Shown here: positions 1 through 8,892 of the stretch, piece by piece
How positions within the stretch are numbered: position 1 is the stretch's first letter
Layout: the number at the start of each line of letters is the position of its first letter
Source of the DNA: an uncultured delta proteobacterium
GTDB taxonomy: Bacteria; Myxococcota_A; Polyangia; Polyangiales; Polyangiaceae
Length of the DNA: 64,000 nt
Direction of reading: 5' to 3'
Assembly: GCA_963782055.1 (NCBI GenBank)
Contig: CAWAIF010000003.1
Span: forward strand, 6,400,001 to 6,464,000
Made by a program: the position numbers and the translations under genes
Notes under the pieces: generated by a model
Database searches by the model: none
What the model saw: the letters and a program-made list of their open reading frames with translations, nothing else
What the model was told of the DNA's origin: nothing

Positions 1-1985
1 GCGCCGAGCGGCAGCCGGTCCAGGTCCAGCGACTCCGCCGGCTCGGCGAAGAGGCACCGCAGCCGCTCGCGGGTATCCAGACACCAGGCGTGCACCAGCG
101 GGTTGCGCTCGCGCGTCTCGAAGACGAGCCGGTCGATCTCGGCGTGCGCGCCCTCCAGCTCGCCCGCGGCCATGCGCCGCTCCACCTCCAGCAGGTGCGA
201 GATGGCGTGATAGACGGTGTCCCCCTTCGCGCGGAGCAGGCGCTCCAGCAGCGCCCTGGCCTCGGCCAGGCGCCCGCGCGCGACGGCCAGGTTGGCGATG
301 GCGTTCTGCTGGATGCGCGTCGCGCGCAGGCTGTCCAGCGCGCCGAGCTCCTCCTTGCCGCCTGTCAGCTCGTCGTGCGCGCGGTCCAGGTGCCCGCACT
401 CCATGTACGCCGCCATGCGGTAGTAGCGCGCGAAGAACTCCGGAGGTCCGCCCAGCACGTCGGTCGCCAGCCCGGACGGCGCCTCGCGCTTCGGTCGGCC
501 GCCGCCCTGCTCCAGCGTCCGGAGCGCCCGTTCGGTCTGCCCCGCCTCGGCGAGGTAAAACGCCAGCAGCGCGCCGCGCACCGTCGCGCTCGCGTCGTCC
601 ACCGGCTCGAGCTGCTCGAGCACCTCCACCCCGCGCTCGGCGCGCTCCAGGCTGTGCACCGCCATCGCGTGCAGCAGCCCGGCCCAGAAGGCCGTCGGGG
701 CGTCGTGCGCGGCGTGCGCGGCGCGGTAGGCCGCGTCGGCCACGCGCTCGGAGTCGCTCAGACGCTCCTCCACGGAGAGGGCGCGCGCCCACAGCAGCCG
801 CTCCACCACGGCGTCGGCGGGCGGCTCCTCCAGCACTGTCGTCACCTTCACGTCGGCGAGCTGCAGCGCGGCGCGCAGCTTGAAGGAGCGGAAGGCGGGA
901 TCGTCGACGGGGGCGAGCAGCTTCCAGAGCGTCGGCGCCTGACCGCCCCGCAGCAGGGCGTCGAAGGACGCGCGGCACAGGGCGAGCGCGCTCTCGGTGT
1001 CCCCCACCTGCAGCGCGAGCCGCACGGCCTCCGTCGCCTCCGCCTCGCCTCCGCTCGACGCGAGCGCCGAGACCGCGCGCCGACGCGCGTGCCCGCTGGA
1101 GGGCGCGATCCACTCCTCCACCCACGGGCGGGCGGCCTCGTGAAGGCAGAAGCCACCGGCGACCGCCTCGACGAGGCCGCGGCGCTCCAGCTCGTCGATC
1201 GCGGGGCGAACGTCCTCGCCCACGCTCTCCTCCAGCACCTTCTGCAGGACGGGGCGCTCCACCACCCAGAGCACCTCCAGCACACGACGCCCCAGATCGT
1301 CCACGCCCTCGAAGGGCTCGTCGCGCGTGGCCACCGGGACGCCGGCGAGGCGCCGCAGCATCCATGGAGAGCCGGCCGCCTCCCGCGCCACCGACAGCGC
1401 GCGCGCCCGGGAGAGCTCGGGGTCCACCTCGCGAGCCAGCGCCGCGAGCTGCCGCTCGGTCAGCGGCCCGAGGCGCAGCACCTGCCCCGCGAGCTCGGGA
1501 GCCGACGGCACCACGCGGCTGGTGGCGATCCAGCGCGAGCGCCGTGCGTAGCGGGCCACCGAGACCAGCAGCCGCTCCGCCTCGGTCATCGCGTGGTGCA
1601 CGTCGTCCAGCAGCACCACAGCCTCGTGGGCCTCGGCGAGGTCGATGGCGTCCATCGCCAGCTCCTCGTCGTCGCGCCCGGGCAAGGCGATCGCGGGCGC
1701 GCCGCCCAGACACCCGAGCGCGCGCACCAGCTCCAGCAGCACCTGGCCGAAGGGCTTGGAGGCGCGCAGCCCCACCATCACCGCCCGCTCCAGCCGCTCG
1801 CGGAGGTGGGCCTGCACCGCGGCCGCCGCGAGGGACGTCTTGCCGAGCCCGCCGACGCCGCACACCACCAGCACCGGGGCGCGGCGGAGCATCGCCCGGA
1901 GGGTGCGCAGCTCCTCACGCCGGCCGAGGAAGGTCGCCGGCGGGTTGGGGACTCGGTAGGCCAGCGGAACGCGGGGAGAGGGCAT
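1..1985 (-). CDS. STAND-class (NB-ARC/AP-ATPase-like) NTPase with helical/TPR-like C-terminal region; 3' end runs off the window
   Basis: Hand translation from ATG 1985: MPSPRVPLAYRVPNPPATFLGRREEL (FxGR), Walker A GVGGLGKTS, Walker B VVLLDDVH, IATSR sensor, AGSPW (GxP) and FCLHE (MHD-like). Absent from the ORF track because no stop lies in the window; the 90..2051 + ORF is its antisense shadow. Confidence 0.85.
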   Translation of the reverse strand, partial: MPSPRVPLAYRVPNPPATFLGRREELRTLRAMLRRAPVLVVCGVGGLGKTSLAAAAVQAHLRERLERAVMVGLRASKPFGQVLLELVRALGCLGGAPAIALPGRDDEELAMDAIDLAEAHEAVVLLDDVHHAMTEAERLLVSVARYARRSRWIATSRVVPSAPELAGQVLRLGPLTERQLAALAREVDPELSRARALSVAREAAGSPWMLRRLAGVPVATRDEPFEGVDDLGRRVLEVLWVVERPVLQKVLEESVGEDVRPAIDELERRGLVEAVAGGFCLHEAARPWVEEWIAPSSGHARRRAVSALASSGGEAEATEAVRLALQVGDTESALALCRASFDALLRGGQAPTLWKLLAPVDDPAFRSFKLRAALQLADVKVTTVLEEPPADAVVERLLWARALSVEERLSDSERVADAAYRAAHAAHDAPTAFWAGLLHAMAVHSLERAERGVEVLEQLEPVDDASATVRGALLAFYLAEAGQTERALRTLEQGGGRPKREAPSGLATDVLGGPPEFFARYYRMAAYMECGHLDRAHDELTGGKEELGALDSLRATRIQQNAIANLAVARGRLAEARALLERLLRAKGDTVYHAISHLLEVERRMAAGELEGAHAEIDRLVFETRERNPLVHAWCLDTRERLRCLFAEPAESLDLDRLPLG

Positions 1986-2079
1986 CGCGCGGGTCCACCA
2001 TATCAAACCCCGCGCGGACGCCGGGGATCCCGCGTAATCCGGTGTAACTAGGCGCCGGCGCTGGACGCGCTAACCTCGG

Positions 2080-4065
2080 GTGGTGAGCCCGCGACGCCTT
2101 TCCTTGCCCTTTCTCGCCCTGTCTGCCCTCGCCGCCGCCGCCAGCGCGCCCGCGTGCAGCAGCACCCCAGACACCACGCCGCCGCCGGACGACCGGCCGC
2201 CGCGCATCTGCAAGGTGCCCGGCGACGCGCCGCAGCCGTGGTTCCACGAGGTCACCGACCAGGTGGGCCTGGGCAAGACCGGCTCGCTCGAGCCCATCGC
2301 GGTGGGCGTCATCGCCGCCGACCTGGACGGCGACGGCTTCCCGGATCTGGTGACCTACGCGGGCAACTCCTCGCGCGGGATGATCACCGACCAGAAGAGC
2401 GTGCTCTACAACAAGCGGCTGCGCTTCGTCTTCATGAACCGCCCCGACCCCAACGACGCGTCCAAGCGCGTCTTCGTCGACACCCTCGCCGACTCCGGCC
2501 TGCTCGCCACGCGCGACGGCAAGGGCGATCGCGGCTGGGGCCTCATCAACGCGGGGGATCTGGACAACGACGGCGACGTCGACCTGCTCCTCTGCCCCGC
2601 GGACGTCATCTCCAGCACCTACTCGCCCGAGGATCCGTGCGACGCCTTCCTCAACGACGGCAAGGGCCACTTCACCCTCGCCCCCCAGAGCGATCTGGAC
2701 AAGAAGGTCATCTGGGTGGGGAGCGGCGCGCTGCTCGACTACGACCGCGACGGCGTCCTGGACTTCTGGCCGGCCACGGTGGCGCACTGGCCCTACGACC
2801 CCAACGGCCCCAACAACGAGCCCCCCACCCTCTACCGCGGCAACGGCGACGGCACCTTCACCAACGTCTCGGCGCAGGTCGGCCTGCCCACCACCGACGG
2901 CACCCTCATCCAGGGCACCCAGTGGCGTCACGTCTTCGGCGTGACGGCGTGCGACATCGACGGCGACGGCGACGACGACATGATCTTCGCCTCCTACGGG
3001 CGGGAGGAGAACCAGGTGTGGCGCAACGACGACGGCCACTTCGTCAACGTCGCGCACGATCTGGGCATCGACCACGACGACCGCGAGGACTACTCCGACG
3101 ACCAGTCCTACCGCTGCTACTGCGCGGCGACGCCCGGCGCGTGCCCGGCGAGCGTGCCCGCGCCCAGCCCGGCGAGCTTCTGCAACGCCTTCGGCAACGG
3201 GCTGGGGCGCGGGTGGGGGCCCAACATCAGCGACAAGTCCTTCTCCCTGGGCGGCAACAACTTCACCATCGCCTGCGGGGACATCGACGACGACGGCGAC
3301 ATGGACCTGATGAGCGCCACCATCGTCCACGGGGACGTCGGCAGCTCGGAGGACCCGTCGGAGCTCATCTTGAACCCGGGCGACGGCAGCAAGTTCACGC
3401 GGCCGGGCAACGAGACCAACGGCATCGACCGGCCGGAGACGGGCATCTACTGGAACCACGGCGACGACATGGCGGTGTTCGCCGACCTCGACCTGGACGG
3501 TCGCAAGGACATCTTCATGACCACCACCGGCGCCTACGGCCCGGTGGATCGCTCCCACCTCTGGCACCAGAAGGCGGACGGCACCTTCGAGGAGATCGCC
3601 ATGCAGGCGGGCCTGGTCAGCTCCAACTTCATGCCCAACCACCAGGGCCCGGTGTTCGTCGACATCGATGGCGACGGAGACCTGGACCTCATCGACGGCC
3701 AGACCGACGGCGTCCAGAGCATGCACGCATACATGAACGACGTCGGCCAGGACTCCAACTGGTTGCGCGTACGCCTGGTGGGCTCGGGCGCGGGCGGCTC
3801 CAACGTCTCCGCCATCGGCGCCATCGTGCGGGTGACGGCGGGCGGCCGCACCCAGACCCAGGAGATCCAGGGCGGCTACGGCCACGGCAACCAGGAGGCG
3901 GGCCTGGTGCAGACCTTCGGCCTGGGCGACGCGTGCGACGTGGACAAGGTGGAGGTCCGCTGGCCCAACGGCGACTCCACGGTGTCCACCTTCAGCGACG
4001 TGCGGGCGAACTACACCATCGAGCTGCACGAGGGCGACGACGCCGTCCACTACGTGAAGCACTAG
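2080..4065 (+). CDS. CRTAC1-family lipoprotein: FG-GAP/VCBS repeats plus ASPIC/UnbV C-terminal domain
   Basis: Signal peptide ending APAC; repeated DxDGDGDxD motifs; C-terminal NWLRVRL..SAIGAIVRV..FGLG..VEVRWP. Start may be GTG 2083. Confidence 0.9.
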   Translation: MVSPRRLSLPFLALSALAAAASAPACSSTPDTTPPPDDRPPRICKVPGDAPQPWFHEVTDQVGLGKTGSLEPIAVGVIAADLDGDGFPDLVTYAGNSSRGMITDQKSVLYNKRLRFVFMNRPDPNDASKRVFVDTLADSGLLATRDGKGDRGWGLINAGDLDNDGDVDLLLCPADVISSTYSPEDPCDAFLNDGKGHFTLAPQSDLDKKVIWVGSGALLDYDRDGVLDFWPATVAHWPYDPNGPNNEPPTLYRGNGDGTFTNVSAQVGLPTTDGTLIQGTQWRHVFGVTACDIDGDGDDDMIFASYGREENQVWRNDDGHFVNVAHDLGIDHDDREDYSDDQSYRCYCAATPGACPASVPAPSPASFCNAFGNGLGRGWGPNISDKSFSLGGNNFTIACGDIDDDGDMDLMSATIVHGDVGSSEDPSELILNPGDGSKFTRPGNETNGIDRPETGIYWNHGDDMAVFADLDLDGRKDIFMTTTGAYGPVDRSHLWHQKADGTFEEIAMQAGLVSSNFMPNHQGPVFVDIDGDGDLDLIDGQTDGVQSMHAYMNDVGQDSNWLRVRLVGSGAGGSNVSAIGAIVRVTAGGRTQTQEIQGGYGHGNQEAGLVQTFGLGDACDVDKVEVRWPNGDSTVSTFSDVRANYTIELHEGDDAVHYVKH

Positions 4066-4066
4066 C

Positions 4067-4104
4067 CTCACCCCACGGCCCCCTCTCCCGGGGACGGGCC
4101 GGGG
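4067..4104. repeat. Degenerate REP-like GC-rich hairpin after the stop codon
   Basis: CCTCACCCCACGGCCCCCTCTCCCGGGGACGGGCCGGGG; arms CCCCACGGCCC / GGGCCGGGG pair with one bulge. Confidence 0.35.
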
Positions 4105-4139
4105 AGCCCAGGATGCTTCATCGGCGGTAGACTGCCCGC

Positions 4140-4610
4140 ATGAGCCAGATCTTCCGGTGCGCCAACTGCCTCGCGCCGCTTCGCCTCGACGCCGGCCCCA
4201 TCGCCACGTGCTCCTACTGCGGCGCGCAGACGCTGGTGAGCGCCCCGGCCGCGGTCGCGAAGCCGCCGGTGGGGAGCGGGCGACGGCTGGCCGCGGACGT
4301 CGCCTTCGTCGTGTCGCCGACGCGCCGGATCCCCTTCCTCGAGGCAGGCGCGCCCGTGCCCATCTTCCGTACCCAGACGCTCTCCACCTCGCGCGACGAC
4401 CAGGACGAGCTGAAGGTGAACCTGGCGCAGGGCGAGCGCGAGCTCGCGAGCTTCGGCTTTCCGATTCGCCAGCGCGGGCCGCGCGGCGTCCCGAAGATCG
4501 CGCTGACGGTTCGCGTCGCCGAGAGCGGCGCGATGAGCGTGACGCTCACCGAGCCGGGCACGGACAACGCCCTGGACCGCGACGGCATGCTCGCCGAGGT
4601 GACCGGCTGA
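4140..4610 (+). CDS. Zinc-ribbon protein fused to an Hsp70/DnaK substrate-binding beta-sandwich-like domain
   Basis: CANC..CSYC, then TQTLSTSRDDQDELKVNLAQGER..GPRGVPKIALTVRVAESGAMSV, which parallels DnaK [45 protein letters not shown]. Confidence 0.8.
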   Translation: MSQIFRCANCLAPLRLDAGPIATCSYCGAQTLVSAPAAVAKPPVGSGRRLAADVAFVVSPTRRIPFLEAGAPVPIFRTQTLSTSRDDQDELKVNLAQGERELASFGFPIRQRGPRGVPKIALTVRVAESGAMSVTLTEPGTDNALDRDGMLAEVTG

Positions 4611-4825
4611 TGAGTCGAGTGGACCAGATCCGCGAATGCGCCGTCGAGCTTCTGCAGCGCCTCGGGCGTCTTGGCGAGGAGCGAGACGAGGAACACGGTG
4701 GACCGGGCTCGGCGAAGGCGGTGAGCTCGTAGCGGCCCGAGGTCGGCTGATCGCAACGAAAGACCGATCAGTGGGACGCGCCGTTCAGTCGCTTGGCCCG
4801 GTTCTCGACGGGACGCTTCGCCGCT

Positions 4826-5188
4826 TCAGCAGCCCTGACACGACGCTGGCAGCGTGGTCGCGGAGAGCGAGGCGGCGCAAGCAGCGGCCTGGATGTCATT
4901 CGTGCACGTCGTGAGCTGAGCGCTCGTGCATGCGTCCATCGCAGTCTTGTTGGGCAGAGCGTCGAGTACCTTCTGCAGGCACTGGTTCGTCGTCCCGTCC
5001 GCCCCGTCCGTGGGAAACGCGACGCTGTATTCCACCGGGAAGCAGTCCTTGAGCCGCTGGCAATACGGGGGCGTGACTTGGCGCGCTGCCGCCTCGGTGG
5101 TCGGGTTGTCGCCACCGCTGCAAGCAGCGAGGCTCACCCCGGCAGCGACCAGCACGAGGACAACGGCTTTCGACGCGATTCGGCTCAT
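4826..5188 (-). CDS. Small Cys-rich lipoprotein, hypothetical
   Basis: MSRIASKAVVLVLVAAGVSLAAC lipobox; purine-rich SD (GGAGGAGGAG) upstream of ATG 5188; 8 further Cys. Confidence 0.75.
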   Translation of the reverse strand: MSRIASKAVVLVLVAAGVSLAACSGGDNPTTEAAARQVTPPYCQRLKDCFPVEYSVAFPTDGADGTTNQCLQKVLDALPNKTAMDACTSAQLTTCTNDIQAAACAASLSATTLPASCQGC

Positions 5189-5828
5189 CTCTTTCTCCTC
5201 CTCCCGTTCCGTGCTTCGGGACCTCGCGGACGTGCGCGCCGGACACGCTCCCGAAGAGAGCGAGCCCGGAACGCTGTCCAGCCGCGTACCGCTGTGCGGC
5301 GACGACGACACCGAAGTCCCCTCTACCGGGCGTGGCGCGTCAGACAAAGGGAAAAGCACTCGAAGGGCGGGCGGCTCGAATGCTTGCTCGTGCCCGGGCC
5401 GACGCACCAAGCGCCCCTCCTGGACGCGCTCTTCGCCGAGGCGATGGGCCCCTCCGCGTGCGCTCGCGCCGCCGCGTGTTGCCCGTGCACTGCGGGCGAA
5501 GGACGGCGTCGAGAACGGCGAGGACACCGTCGCGATCTGCGGTGGTTCCCCTGGCATGTCGCCGCTCTATTGCCGGAGCTGGCAACGGCGGCGGTGAGAG
5601 CGTACCGGCGCGAGCCGCCCGCCGAGTGTGCCCGATGACATCCCGGCTCGGCGCAGTGAAGCGCCCGCCGCCCGCCGGAAGGCTGGCGGGACTCTTCCGC
5701 CCCTCCGGCGTGGCACCGCACGAAGCGCCCTCGCTCGTTCCCTCCCAGCCCGGGCGGAGGGCCATCGCGGGGGAGGGCCCGTTACCTCCGCCTTCCCCGG
5801 CCACAGCCCGTCACCGCCGAGCAAGAAA

Positions 5829-5933
5829 CCCTCCCCGCCCGAGCGAGCGAAGCGAGCGATGGGCCGGAGGAGGGCGCCCACGCGCAGGGCCCGCAGGGCC
5901 CAAGCATGGGCGGGGCGGGGCCCCCCTTGCCCC
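5829..5933. repeat. Structured REP-like/ncRNA-like element, copy 1
   Basis: Three predicted stems; core CGCCCA-CGCGCA-GGGCCC-GCA-GGGCCC-AAGCA-TGGGCG is shared, with covariation, with 34175-34352. Confidence 0.6.
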
Positions 5934-5939
5934 TTCTTC

Positions 5940-7046
5940 TCAGTTCGAAACCACCGTCCGCGAACAATTCTGCTGACTGAAGTTGTAACGCGTCCCCCCA
6001 TCCACCATCTCGAAGTCCGCCGGAGTCAGCGCCTTCAGATCGTGCGTATCCATCACGTCCGCGAGGTCCGTCGTGGCGGACACGAACAGGTAGTTACTCC
6101 CCGAGCCGTCATCCAGAAACATCCCGTACGTCTGCAGCGCCTTGGCGATGGTCCGCGCCGCATCGCTGGGGAGCGACGCGAGGTTGTAGTCGGAGCGCAG
6201 CCGGATGCGCGCGCCGTAGGGCATCGTGTTGGATCCGCCGGTGGGCCCGCCCAGGTGCGTGGCGGGGTGCACGTACACCGCCTTGCGGATCAGGCTGTTC
6301 TTGAGGGTGAAGCGCATCGCGTGGGCGATCTTGCCGGCCTGGATCTCCGCCTTGGTGACGAGCAGCGGGGCGATCGGCATGTCGGCCGCGTCGGAGCCGG
6401 TGCAGCCGTCGCCGCGGGAGAAGGGGTTGCCCGGCTGCCAGTAGTCGTGCGTCAGGTCCCACACCGCAAGGCAGGTGCCGGTGAAGGTGCCGCCGGTCGC
6501 CTGACCGCCGGTGACGTCGGCCTGGTAGAGCTCGTAGAGCCTCGTGCCCTGGTAGACCAGCAGGTGGCAGTCGTCGCCCTGGTTGGCGCAGTGGTAGTCG
6601 CTGGAGCCCTCGATGTTGCCGCCGGGCGGCAGCGCGATGGGCGAGGAGTCGCAGTCGGGAGGGCCGTAGCCGACGTCGGTGAAGGCCCGGCGCGTGAGGT
6701 TGGCGTCGGCGTGCAGGATCGCCATCGAGGGATCGAGCTGGAAGGGCCCCCACCCCGTCTGCTCCAGCGAGGTCTGGATCGTCCCCCACTCCGAGTCCGC
6801 CGCTGCCTTGGAGACGTCCTGGTAGATGGTGGAGGATCCGGGGAAGTCCTGTGATCCGGTCGTGCCGCCGTCGCCCCCGCCGCCGTCCGTCTGCGACGAG
6901 CCGTCCGGCCCGCCGCCCCCATCGCCGCCTCCTCCATCCGCGCTGGCGATCGCGTCCGGTCCGCCGTCGGCGCTGGACGAGTCATCTCCCCCGCAGGCGA
7001 GAGGCAGGAGGCAGAGGGCGAGACCCAGGCAGGCGATTGTGCGCAT
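5940..7046 (-). CDS. Lipoprotein of unknown function with Asp/Gly linker and globular domain
   Basis: Lipobox PLAC-GGDD; DGG-rich linker; DCHLLV..LYELY..SDAADMPIAPLL..HAMRFT; GC3-biased codons. Confidence 0.85.
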   Translation of the reverse strand: MRTIACLGLALCLLPLACGGDDSSSADGGPDAIASADGGGGDGGGGPDGSSQTDGGGGDGGTTGSQDFPGSSTIYQDVSKAAADSEWGTIQTSLEQTGWGPFQLDPSMAILHADANLTRRAFTDVGYGPPDCDSSPIALPPGGNIEGSSDYHCANQGDDCHLLVYQGTRLYELYQADVTGGQATGGTFTGTCLAVWDLTHDYWQPGNPFSRGDGCTGSDAADMPIAPLLVTKAEIQAGKIAHAMRFTLKNSLIRKAVYVHPATHLGGPTGGSNTMPYGARIRLRSDYNLASLPSDAARTIAKALQTYGMFLDDGSGSNYLFVSATTDLADVMDTHDLKALTPADFEMVDGGTRYNFSQQNCSRTVVSN

Positions 7047-8800
7047 CAGTGATAGGCTACCAGATAGGAGTTGAGGTCGATGTTACCGCTACCGCCCGTC
7101 GGCGGCTCGGCGTTGTTGAACATCCCCTTGTAGGTCACCGTCGCGTCCTGTCCGGGGGTCACGTCCTTCGTCACGTCCTGGGCCCACGGGTCCACCTGCC
7201 AGCCGGGGCACCACCCCCCGCGCCCGAACCACCACGTGCCGCCCTGGTTGGGCACCATGCCCGTCGCCCAGTTGGGGACGCACTTGTCGCTGGAGCCCGC
7301 CATCGGGAAGTCGTGATCGTACTTGGTGCCGTTGACGGTGAGCTCGTGCTGGTGATCGCAGAACTCGGAGCACGAGCTGGCGTCGTTGCCGTGGCCGGTC
7401 ACGATCGTCCACAGCTCCACGCGCGTGGCGTCGGCGGGGATGGGCACCGTCGCCGGCGTGCGCCCCACGTTGTAGTTCTCGTTGAAGGCGCCGCCGGTGA
7501 AGAGCGGGGTGATCGCCTCCGGCGTGTAGCCCTTCTTCTTGTTGGAGAAGCGCAGGGAGAGCGTGGTGGCGGTGGGCTGCTTGTTCCACGAGGGAGCGAA
7601 GTCCCAGCGGAAGTGGCGCATCCCGCCGTCGCGCAGCAGGGCGAGCATGGGCGTGGCGTCGACCACCCAGTGCGTCTCGCGGTGGTAGCTGGTGATGAAG
7701 CGCGCGATCTCGGTGTACGCGGGGGCGCCGCCGTCCCCGGCGTCGCCGCCGTCGGTGCCTGCGTCGCCGCCGGCGCTCGGCGCCGCCACCCCCAGCGAGG
7801 CGATGTAGTCCCACGCGCCGCAGCTCTGGAACTCCGCCACGCTGGGCGTGGGGCACGCGCTGGTGACCTCCACCTCCAGCGTGTCGAAGCCCTTCATCTG
7901 CTGCGCGGTGGGGAGCTGCACGTCCGTCTCGGCGAACTCGCTCAGGACCTGCCCGTCCCAGAGCTTGACGACCGTCGCGCCCTCCGCGTCCAGCTTCTCT
8001 TGCTGGTCCGCCTGCGCGTTCATGTAGTCCGCCTCGTACGCCGCGTAGGCGATGTTGTTCTGCCAGGGCCACTGGTTGGCGTCCTGCAGCGACTGGTCGA
8101 AGCGGGTGACGTCGGCGAGCTGGCCCACGTCGCGGATGCGCTGGAAGCGATCGATCGCGAGGCCGCTGACGGCGTGGTGGGTGAGCGCCTGCCCCACCCA
8201 GTTGCCCAGCGCGCCGCCCCGCGTGGCGACGACGTGCAGGTGCGGACGCCACTGGGCGGCGTCGGCGTCGGACATGCCGCCGAGCAGGGTGTCGACGCGC
8301 TGCTGCATCGCGCTGGTGACGTTCTGCGCGTTGGCGTCGGAGCCCTGGAGGGAGACGAAGAAGTAGTGGACGTTCTTCGGGGAGGCCTTCAGGAGCGCGG
8401 CGAGATCCTTGTCCTTGGTCCAGATGGAGGTGGTGTCCAGCGCGGAGACCGTCAGGATGTCCGGCAGGAAGATGTAGCTCTCGCACCCGGTGAAGCTCTG
8501 CTTGAAGTCCCAGGTGGTGCCGTCGACCAGCGGGACCGTGAAGTCATCGGCGATGTCGCCGCGGTTTGCCCCGTAGGGGCCCGGGGAGAAGGGCACCGTG
8601 GGGAGGCCGAGATCGCTGCACGACGCGGACTGCGGGCCCGCGTCCGGCTGCGGCGCCACGTCGTCGGCCGTCACGTCGTCGCCGGCGTCCGGACCGCCGT
8701 TCTGATCCCCGGAGTCGGAGCAAGCGAGGAAGCCGGCGGAGCACGCGAGCGCCGCCACCGAGCCCAGAGCGGAGAGGCGGAAGAGAAGCGAGCGCATCAT
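7046..8800 (-). CDS. Peptide-N-glycosidase F-related lipoprotein
   Basis: Lipobox FLAC; CGAWDY, EIARFITSY, TGHG..CSEFC and GTWWFGRGGWCPG match PNGase F-like domains. Start ATG 8800 or 8797. Confidence 0.85.
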   Translation of the reverse strand: MMRSLLFRLSALGSVAALACSAGFLACSDSGDQNGGPDAGDDVTADDVAPQPDAGPQSASCSDLGLPTVPFSPGPYGANRGDIADDFTVPLVDGTTWDFKQSFTGCESYIFLPDILTVSALDTTSIWTKDKDLAALLKASPKNVHYFFVSLQGSDANAQNVTSAMQQRVDTLLGGMSDADAAQWRPHLHVVATRGGALGNWVGQALTHHAVSGLAIDRFQRIRDVGQLADVTRFDQSLQDANQWPWQNNIAYAAYEADYMNAQADQQEKLDAEGATVVKLWDGQVLSEFAETDVQLPTAQQMKGFDTLEVEVTSACPTPSVAEFQSCGAWDYIASLGVAAPSAGGDAGTDGGDAGDGGAPAYTEIARFITSYHRETHWVVDATPMLALLRDGGMRHFRWDFAPSWNKQPTATTLSLRFSNKKKGYTPEAITPLFTGGAFNENYNVGRTPATVPIPADATRVELWTIVTGHGNDASSCSEFCDHQHELTVNGTKYDHDFPMAGSSDKCVPNWATGMVPNQGGTWWFGRGGWCPGWQVDPWAQDVTKDVTPGQDATVTYKGMFNNAEPPTGGSGNIDLNSYLVAYH

Positions 8801-8892
8801 GGAATCTTGCGCCGCAACGCCGTGGAAGGGAAGCGGCCGCGTCACACAAGCGTCATTCGGCGTGGTCGGCGGGGCGTGCTACGCCCTCCCGC

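Noticed and set aside
90..2051. 653-aa plus-strand ORF, and similar long ORFs such as 1915-4071, 6851-9589, 22334-25528, 33801-36266 and 60911-63925
   Set aside because: Antisense or off-frame shadows of real genes, expected at this GC content; no recognisable motifs.
4610..4732. 40-codon ORF (MSRVDQIRECAVELL..) overlapping the preceding stop as TGATG
   Set aside because: Too short and featureless to support; cannot be excluded.
5190..5830. Several ORFs and small hairpins in the long intergenic region
   Set aside because: No codon bias or motif, and no RNA family I can recognise.
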